The notes under the pieces: generated by a model
Databases searched by the model: none
What the model was told of the DNA's origin: nothing
What the model saw: the letters and a program-made list of their open reading frames with translations, nothing else
DNA from: Microbacteriaceae bacterium
Lineage (GTDB): Bacteria > Actinomycetota > Actinomycetes > Actinomycetales > Microbacteriaceae
Assembly: GCA_035565115.1 (NCBI GenBank)
Contig: DATMTC010000087.1
Span: 1 to 56,468 of the forward strand
Direction: 5' to 3'
Length of the DNA: 56,468 bases
Program-made: the position numbers and the translations under genes
Shown here: positions 50,901-56,468 of the stretch, one piece after another
Layout of the letters: each line of letters opens with the position of its first letter
Position numbering within the stretch: position 1 is the stretch's first letter

Positions 50901-51053
50901 CTCGACTTGCCTGGTGGAAGACAGCCCAGTGATGACGCTTGTGCCCGGCGCAAGCGAGGCGAGCACAAGAGCCCGGTGGGCGTGATATTTGGATACCGGA
51001 ATGTCCAGGTCCCCGACGAGCCGAGTCTCACTTCCACGCACCATCAGTTGCAC
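47955..51053 (-). CDS. AroA(EPSP synthase)-like domain fused to an acyl-CoA ligase (PlmJK/AnsJ+AnsK-like)
   Basis: N-terminal EPSPS fold (PVSKY..R, GSSGTT, RRP, KESDR, NDHR) in frame with an ANL adenylation domain (FTSGTTGEPKG, FGTTE, WYRTGDL, GRVKDVINRGGEK, GKIQK). GTG 51053 follows a GGAAAGG RBS. Confidence 0.9.
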   Translation of the reverse strand: MQLMVRGSETRLVGDLDIPVSKYHAHRALVLASLAPGTSVITGLSSTRQVEWTTSVLRALGTDIRIENGAYIVTGGRYAASETVERGSSGPDGVLNVGSSGTTLYFMTGLAALADKPITLTGMKYFRRRPIKALLDSLQQMGISLTSTNDCPPITVQPIRPTGGEVSIAGTLSQWLSGLLLVAPFATGDTTIHITGGKLNEQPYVDLTIRMMRHFGLIVEHSDDWLTYTIRGNQTATPADYTIPPDIGSAAFGVAAAALHPSDVLLRGMTATRAADTDHPEAEFLDLAAEMGVPMETDPATGFVRIRHDGIRLKAIDIDCKPIPDLLPILSAMATFADGTSRLHNVGHIRLKESDRVAAMLQLNRMGGKVEQSTDELRITGVDSLDGAAMSSFNDHRVLMSLAVAATRADGTSSLTYPRAYRISYPTFLEAMNSVGLDMAIGEPLGEEEAEAANGELDARDVEAQLGAAAEPLVLSEAVADAAAATPDEPAVIEVGNSHPVSQSWAEVKAEADRVSALLLELGVERGEAVAVQLPNWSEFVSIALGAMQIGAVVTPIMPVFGPRETTMVLARSHARVLFLPDYFRKRYPMVELLEVIDEAKSQKRRLDLEHVIVLRENSRHGTDGTVEVAPIPDWAIDAARASEWSWHYYDTALASVTVDPSLIASRSPRPDDYCQLLFTSGTTGEPKGVQQTYRSLGLATAMEVQHLSLGGDDRIYAPSPLAHQTGFLYGMLLAWRLKVALIIQPVWDAQLSLTQAFGEAKATFVQAATPFLTDLVALVENGSAAPESLRIFVATGAAVPRTLAQKATSVLGAAVLGAFGTTETCLGTLSAPGDRPEDAWGTDGRPLPGIRIRIVDDNGNEVPPGTEGNYELHSPTVFGGYLERPDLTADVFTPDGWYRTGDLAVTDEAGFLHITGRVKDVINRGGEKIPVVEIENLLYQHPLVTDVAIVGMPDERLGERACAFVVAAQSDSRLGFAQMQDYLARAGVSKYYWPERLEFIDALPRNPIGKIQKNILRERAATLVASQKETR

Positions 51054-51212
51054 GATTTTCGACGCACCTTTCCGTAACCCCTGCCAGAACTTACTCGCGC
51101 AACCGCGTCCGCGCCAAATTCGACACGTCGTGCTCACATACCCGAAGCGGCATACGTTGCATCGAGTGCGCGCTGTGTGAAGATAGGCATACGCGGCACG
51201 GACGGTGGCACC

Positions 51213-52358
51213 ATGCAGATCAGCTTCGCACAGTCTGAGCGTTCCACGCTCGGCGTCGAGTGGGAGCTCGCACTTGTTGACAAGTCGACGGGCGATCTGG
51301 TGCAGATCGCCGACGATGTGCTGCGCGAGCTGGGAACAGACGGCGACGAGCATCCGCAGATCACCCACGAGCTGCTGCTCAACACGATCGAACTGGTGAG
51401 CAGGGTGCATCATCGCGTCGACGAGACAGTCGATGACCTTCGCGAGCTCATCGCGCTTGTGCAGACCGTCACCGATCCGCTTGACGTCGAGCTGATGTGT
51501 GCTGGCACGCATCCGTCCGCCCAGTGGTTCGACCAGCAGGTCACCCAGAACGACCGATATGACAGACTCGTCGAGCGCACGCAATGGTGGGGCAGGCAGA
51601 TGCTGATCTGGGGCATCCACGTGCACGTCGGGGTCGAAGACAGAGACAAGGTCCTTCCCCTGGTCAACGGGCTGCTGAGCTACTTTCCGCACCTGCAGTC
51701 GCTCAGTGCGTCAAGCCCGTTCTGGGGCGGTGCGAAAACCGGGTACGCCTCGAACCGCGCGCTCATGTTCCAGCAGCTGCCAACGGCGGGGCTGCCATAC
51801 CAGTTCGGCAGTTGGGCGAATTACGAGCAGTACGTTCAGGACCTCGTGACAACGGGCGTCGTGCGTGACTACACGGAGGTGCGCTGGGACATTCGGCCGT
51901 CTCCACACTGGGGCACTGTTGAGATGCGCGCCTGTGACGGGTTGTCGACGCCGGAAGAGATCTCAGCTGTCGCCGCGGTCATCCAATGCCTTGTCGAATG
52001 GTTGTCGACGCGGATCGATAACGGTGAGCAGCTGGAGAACTTGCAGCCGTGGTTCGTGCGTGAGAACAAGTGGCGGGCAGCACGCTACGGCATGGACGCG
52101 ACGATCATCGTGAATCCGGCCGGGGACGAACGACCTGTGGCAGACGACATCCGCGACGTGCTCGTGACGCTGGCACCGGTCGCCGAGCGGCTCGGTTGCG
52201 CGGCCGATCTTGACCGCGTGAACCTGATTCTCGACAACGGCGCCAGCTATCAACGTCAACTGCGGGTCGCAGCAGCCAACGGTGGCAGCCTGCAGGCTGT
52301 GGTCAGTTCGCTAACACGGGAACTTCGGAACGGACTGGTCGCAGGGCCGCTGCGATGA
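51213..52358 (+). CDS. Glutamate--cysteine ligase GCS2 / YbdK carboxylate-amine ligase
   Basis: TLGVEWEL, ELLLNTIE, GTHP, GIHVHVG, SASSPFW, WDIRP, TVEMRACD, ENKWRAARYG. Confidence 0.93.
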   Translation: MQISFAQSERSTLGVEWELALVDKSTGDLVQIADDVLRELGTDGDEHPQITHELLLNTIELVSRVHHRVDETVDDLRELIALVQTVTDPLDVELMCAGTHPSAQWFDQQVTQNDRYDRLVERTQWWGRQMLIWGIHVHVGVEDRDKVLPLVNGLLSYFPHLQSLSASSPFWGGAKTGYASNRALMFQQLPTAGLPYQFGSWANYEQYVQDLVTTGVVRDYTEVRWDIRPSPHWGTVEMRACDGLSTPEEISAVAAVIQCLVEWLSTRIDNGEQLENLQPWFVRENKWRAARYGMDATIIVNPAGDERPVADDIRDVLVTLAPVAERLGCAADLDRVNLILDNGASYQRQLRVAAANGGSLQAVVSSLTRELRNGLVAGPLR

Positions 52359-52887
52359 TCGGTGCGAACGTCGCGACCAGCGCGATCATTTGCACGATCC
52401 CGGCTGGAACACCGCCGACGAAACTCGCGACGGCCATGATGATGGCTGCGACCGGAACCCACACGGCAACGATCTTGGCGCGCCGCAGCCCGATGGTCAG
52501 CGCGATCGGGCCTGCCGCGAATGCGATGAGGAAGACGATCAACAGCACGTTTCCGATGGCGCTGTCGTCTTGCGCATGTGGTGCGCCGAAGAACAGTGCA
52601 AGGTGACCAACGCCTGCCGCCAATCCGATCGCGGTCACCAGGCATCCGGTGAACGTCAGAACCCATCCCCGTGCCCGCGCCAGCTGCACTACGGCAGGGA
52701 TCCCGAGCAGCCAGATCAGTGGACCGAAGACACTGATCACAGCGACGACAGCGAACAGAACTGATGATGGATCCGGTTGTGGTGTCCACTGCAGCATCGT
52801 TGCCGCGATGAGGCTGAGCGGTCCGATCACGAGACAGCTGACACCGACCATGCTGAGGGTGCGCTCGCGCACCGGTGATTCGTTCAT
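52303..52887 (-). CDS. Hypothetical integral membrane protein
   Basis: 194 aa with about 6 TM helices; GGAAAGGAAG RBS; divergent from the two-component system. Confidence 0.75.
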   Translation of the reverse strand: MNESPVRERTLSMVGVSCLVIGPLSLIAATMLQWTPQPDPSSVLFAVVAVISVFGPLIWLLGIPAVVQLARARGWVLTFTGCLVTAIGLAAGVGHLALFFGAPHAQDDSAIGNVLLIVFLIAFAAGPIALTIGLRRAKIVAVWVPVAAIIMAVASFVGGVPAGIVQMIALVATFAPIIAAALRPVRSEVPVLAN

Positions 52888-52991
52888 GTCTTCTTCCTTT
52901 CCTGCGGTGTCAGCTGGCGACAGCTGCGCCGATACAACGAGCGTGCATCAGCTGCGAGCGGTGCCGCGTCTGCCGGTCTGAGGATCTTTCG

Positions 52992-53040
52992 TCGCCCGTT
53001 CGGCGGAACATACTCGCCCGTTCGGGCGATGCCGTTCGGG
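52992..53040. promoter_or_regulatory. Candidate response-regulator operator
   Basis: tcgcccgttcgg repeated at 52992 and 53014 (22-bp spacing). The second copy forms the palindrome tcgccc-gttc-gggcga. A partial third copy starts at 53031. Confidence 0.6.
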
Positions 53041-53064
53041 CGCCACCGGCAATAGAGTGATGGA

Positions 53065-54228
53065 ATGTTCGAGCTGGCCGATCGGCTGCGACGACGACGG
53101 ATGGCCGGCCTGCCTGCCACCGACATTCTGCTTGCGCTCGCCATGGGCACCGTGGCCGTGGCCAGCGTGCTGACCGGCAACCCGAATGAGGGCCCGATCG
53201 CACTCACGCTTCCCGTTGCGCTTGTGGCCGCCGGCGCGCTGGCCTGGAGACGCAAAGCTCCTGTGGCCGCGGTCATCGCGCTGGCCGTGAGCGGCACCGT
53301 TCAATCGATTCTCGCTGCAGGGCCGGGGTCGCTGTGGTCGCTCGCAGTGTACGCCATCGTCATGTATTCGGTTGCCGCATACTACCGAGAGGGCATGGCG
53401 GCCGTCGTCGGTATCGTTCTTCTTGCGGCCCTGCTCGCGCAGGAACGCATTGACAACGGGGTCGACTACCTGTTCGTCGTGCTCTTGTTCGGAGGGCTCT
53501 GGCTGCTTGGGCGAGCCAGCAGGCTCTGGCGCGGCCGGGTGTCGCGTGCCGAACAGCATCAAGACGATCTTGCTCGCATCGCGGTTGCCGAGGAACGCGT
53601 GCGGATCGCCCGCGAACTGCACGACATCGTCGCCCATAGCCTCAGCGTGATCGCGGTGCAGGCTGACGCAGCAGACGCTGCGCTCGGTTCACAGCCGGAG
53701 CGAGCACGCGAACCCGTCCGCGTGATCAAGGCGAGCGCTCGGGACTCTCTCGGCGACATCCGCAGGCTTCTGCATGCACTGCGCACCGACGACGAGTCCT
53801 GGCAGCCATCCGGGCAGCCAGCGCCTGGCCTTGCTGCCCTTGATGCCCTTCTGAACGGCGTGCGGTCGGCCGGCGTGCCGATCGAGGCAGAGACAGACGA
53901 CTGCGCGGGGATCAACGCGGTAGTCGACCTGGCCGCGTACCGAATCGTGCAGGAGTCACTCACCAACGTCATCACACACGCGGGCGGTATGCCGACGACG
54001 GTCCGCATCGAGCGCACGCCGATCGCCCTCGACATCGAGATCAGTAACCGGCGGCCCTCCCATGAACGTTCCTCCCCCGGTTCCGGTCTCGGCCTGATCG
54101 GAATCAGAGAGCGCGTCACGGCCCTCGGCGGCACGCTCAGCGCCGGCGAGACAAACGACGGCATGTACCGAGTGCGCGCCATGCTGCCGCTGGCCGCGAC
54201 CACAACGGCTGCGGGAAACACATCATGA
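53065..54228 (+). CDS. Membrane sensor histidine kinase (HisKA_3)
   Basis: TM region, ERVRIARELHDIVAHSLS, AYRIVQESLTNV, GLGLIGIRERV. Leaderless TAGAGT -10. Confidence 0.95.
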   Translation: MFELADRLRRRRMAGLPATDILLALAMGTVAVASVLTGNPNEGPIALTLPVALVAAGALAWRRKAPVAAVIALAVSGTVQSILAAGPGSLWSLAVYAIVMYSVAAYYREGMAAVVGIVLLAALLAQERIDNGVDYLFVVLLFGGLWLLGRASRLWRGRVSRAEQHQDDLARIAVAEERVRIARELHDIVAHSLSVIAVQADAADAALGSQPERAREPVRVIKASARDSLGDIRRLLHALRTDDESWQPSGQPAPGLAALDALLNGVRSAGVPIEAETDDCAGINAVVDLAAYRIVQESLTNVITHAGGMPTTVRIERTPIALDIEISNRRPSHERSSPGSGLGLIGIRERVTALGGTLSAGETNDGMYRVRAMLPLAATTTAAGNTS

Positions 54229-54896
54229 CCTCCGTGCTGCTCGTCGACGACCAACGGCTGGTTCGCACCGGTTTTCGGCTGATTCTCGATCTCGAGCCCG
54301 ACCTGACCGTCGTCGGCGAAGCATCCGATGGCGCAGAGTGCCTGCAGCTGACCGCACGAGAAGATCCAGACGTCGTGCTGATGGACATCAGGATGCCGGT
54401 GCTGGACGGGATTGAGACCACCAGGCGACTTGTCGATTCCGGGTCACGGGCGAAGATCCTCGTTCTGACCACGTTCGACCTCGACGAGTACGTCTACGAG
54501 GCCATGCTGGCAGGCGCGAACGGCTTTCTGCTCAAGGATGCACCCAGGGAACAACTCACCGCGGCGATTCGCGCGGTGGCCGCCGGGGACGCACTGCTGG
54601 CACCGTCGGTCACCAGACGCCTCATCGAGAGATTCGTCGACCACAGATCACCGAACGCGACACGCCCTGATCTCGCCAGTCTGCTGACGCCACGAGAGGT
54701 CGAGGTTTTGCGTCTGGTCACGCGCGGACACACCAACGCCGAGATCGCCAGAGCGCTCTTCGTCGAGGAGTCAACGGTGAAAACACACGTTGCGCGGCTG
54801 TTGGCGAAGCTCGGAGTGCGCGACCGCATTCAGGCGGTAATCTTCGCCTACGAGACCGGATTCATCCAGCCAACAGGGTTGGAAGAGATCCCCTAG
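54225..54896 (+). CDS. NarL/LuxR family response regulator
   Basis: LVDDQ, DVVLMDIRMP, LTTFD, FLLKD, LTPREVEVL...TVKTHV. Confidence 0.96.
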   Translation: MTSVLLVDDQRLVRTGFRLILDLEPDLTVVGEASDGAECLQLTAREDPDVVLMDIRMPVLDGIETTRRLVDSGSRAKILVLTTFDLDEYVYEAMLAGANGFLLKDAPREQLTAAIRAVAAGDALLAPSVTRRLIERFVDHRSPNATRPDLASLLTPREVEVLRLVTRGHTNAEIARALFVEESTVKTHVARLLAKLGVRDRIQAVIFAYETGFIQPTGLEEIP

Positions 54897-56464
54897 CGAC
54901 CCAGGAACTTCTGCAGAGAGGCAAGCTCTTCTTCGGTCGGTGCGCCCTGCTTCGGCTTGCCGCCTCCGAGCCCGAATCCAGTGCCTCCGCCTGCTGCAGC
55001 GCCGCCAGGCTTCGTTCCTGCAGCAATCGCTGCGTTCTCGGCGGCACGCTTCGCAGGGTTCCCCGACCGTGAGCCCTTTTTCTTCTGCTGCTGCTTGCCT
55101 CGGCCGCCGCCGAAGCCTGCACCGGGGATCGGCCCCATGCCAGGCACGTTCGGCACGCCGCCCTTCGCCACCGTCTTCATCATCTTCGCCGCCTGCTCGA
55201 ATCGGTTGACGAGCTGGTTCACGTCGGTGACGGTCATGCCCGAGCCTCGTGCGATGCGCACCCGACGAGACCCGTTCAAGAGTTTCGGATTCGTGCGCTC
55301 TGCACGCGTCATCGACTGGATGATCGCCTCTGTTCGCACGATCTCCTTCTCGTCGAAGTTGTTCAGCTGCTCCTTCATCGCACCTGCACCGGGCAGCATC
55401 CCCATCATCTTCTTGATGGAGCCCATATTGCGCAGCTGCTGCATCTGCTTCAAGAAGTCATCGAGCGTGAACGTGTCTGTCGCGAACTTCTCGGCGACCT
55501 TACGTGCTTCTTCTTCGTCGAACGCTTCCTGAGCCTGCTCGATCAGGGTGAGAACGTCACCGAGGTCGAGGATGCGGCTTGCCATGCGGTCTGGGTAGAA
55601 CGGCTCGAAGTCGTCGAGTCCCTCACCCGTTGATGCGAAGATGATCGGCCTGCCGGTGACGGATGCGACGGACAGCGCAGCACCGCCGCGCGCGTCGCCG
55701 TCGAGCTTGGAGAGCACGACGCCGGTGAAGTCGACGCCGTCCTGGAATGCCTTCGCCGTTGCAACGGCATCCTGCCCGATCATCGCGTCGATGACGAACA
55801 GCACCTCGTCAGGGTCGGTCGCTTTGCGGATGTCTGAAGCCTGCTTCATCAGCTCGGCGTCGACGCCAAGGCGCCCTGCCGTGTCGATGATCACCGTGTC
55901 GTACTGCTGGCGCTCGGCCTGTTTCACAGCATCCTTCGCGACGCGCACGGGATTGCCGACCCCGTTGCCTGGCTCAGGGGCGAAGACGGGCACCCCGGCC
56001 TGTTCGCCGACGATCTGCAGCTGCGTGACGGCGTTCGGCCGCTGCAGGTCGGCCGCGACGAGCATGGGCGTGTGGTTTTGTTTGACCAGCCACTTGGCGA
56101 GCTTGCCGGCAAGCGTCGTCTTTCCTGCACCCTGAAGGCCTGCGAGCATGATGACGGTCGGGGGTCGCTTGGCGAAGATGAGCTGGCGTTGCTGTCCGCC
56201 GAGGATGCCGACGAGTTCCTCGTTGACGATCTGCACGACCTGTTGGGCAGGGTTCAGCGCCTTGTTGACCTCGTCGCCGAGTGCACGCTCGCGCACTGTT
56301 GCTGTGAACTGCTTGACGACGTCGAGTGCGACATCCGCGTCGAGCAGGGCGCGGCGGATCTCACGGACGGTGCCGTCGACATCTGCTGCCGACAGCTTGC
56401 CCTTGGTGCGGAGGTTTTTGAATGTGTCGGTGAGCCGATCAGAAAGCGTGCCGAAAGTAGCCAT
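54893..56464 (-). CDS. ffh: Signal recognition particle protein
   Basis: GLQGAGKTT, DTAGRL, KLDGDARGG, M domain (FTLDDF, SMT..ER). Confidence 0.99.
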   Translation of the reverse strand: MATFGTLSDRLTDTFKNLRTKGKLSAADVDGTVREIRRALLDADVALDVVKQFTATVRERALGDEVNKALNPAQQVVQIVNEELVGILGGQQRQLIFAKRPPTVIMLAGLQGAGKTTLAGKLAKWLVKQNHTPMLVAADLQRPNAVTQLQIVGEQAGVPVFAPEPGNGVGNPVRVAKDAVKQAERQQYDTVIIDTAGRLGVDAELMKQASDIRKATDPDEVLFVIDAMIGQDAVATAKAFQDGVDFTGVVLSKLDGDARGGAALSVASVTGRPIIFASTGEGLDDFEPFYPDRMASRILDLGDVLTLIEQAQEAFDEEEARKVAEKFATDTFTLDDFLKQMQQLRNMGSIKKMMGMLPGAGAMKEQLNNFDEKEIVRTEAIIQSMTRAERTNPKLLNGSRRVRIARGSGMTVTDVNQLVNRFEQAAKMMKTVAKGGVPNVPGMGPIPGAGFGGGRGKQQQKKKGSRSGNPAKRAAENAAIAAGTKPGGAAAGGGTGFGLGGGKPKQGAPTEEELASLQKFLGR

Positions 56465-56468
56465 GGTT

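Noticed and set aside
47955-51053. Calling this gene housekeeping aroA or an NRPS
   Set aside because: The EPSPS motifs are altered, there is no carrier or condensation domain, and the context matches the CHC-CoA pathway.
51054-51692. N-terminal 213-aa extension of the 1245-aa ORF
   Set aside because: It is an antisense shadow of the YbdK ligase gene. The AroA fold and an RBS begin at about 51053.
1-56468. CRISPR arrays, tRNA/rRNA genes, IS transposases, defence systems
   Set aside because: No regularly spaced repeats, cloverleaf-like sequences or matching ORFs were seen. Intergenic gaps are short and mostly accounted for.

Overview
High-GC actinobacterial chromosome segment. Gene content and order point to Microbacteriaceae (inference). 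The backbone is housekeeping: glgP/glgE/glgB glycogen genes, a thioredoxin-TPR chaperedoxin, two DivIVA-domain proteins, cdsA-frr-pyrH-tsf-rpsB, xerC-dprA-comM(yifB)-yraN-rnhB-lepB-rplS, trmD, rimM-khpA-rpsP, a YbdK-type ligase and ffh. Accessory blocks interrupt it. (1) A ~12.7 kb nitrate/nitrite assimilation island (sirB-nirD // nirB-cobA-nnaR, MFS, single-domain globin // narK-nasA-nasC) separates rimM from trmD and carries GlnR-box-like arrays. (2) A TetR/MFS efflux pair. (3) The most notable locus is a four-gene operon at 43886-51053: AroA-like/acyl-CoA ligase fusion, acyl-CoA dehydrogenase, ChcA-like reductase and 2,4-dienoyl-CoA reductase-like enzyme. It matches the Streptomyces ansJKL-chcA-ansM / plmJK-L-chcA-M cyclohexanecarboxyl-CoA pathway in content and order, but no PKS is present in the window, which suggests a starter-unit supply for omega-cyclohexyl membrane fatty acids. 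(4) A NarL-type two-component system with a divergent membrane protein. Non-coding observations include candidate pseudoknot and kissing-loop leaders on rpsP and rplS, a 19-bp REP-like repeat inside two coding sequences, a MITE-like inverted-repeat unit and many leaderless promoters. No tRNA, rRNA, CRISPR array or transposase was seen. All family calls come from motif recognition, not database searches.
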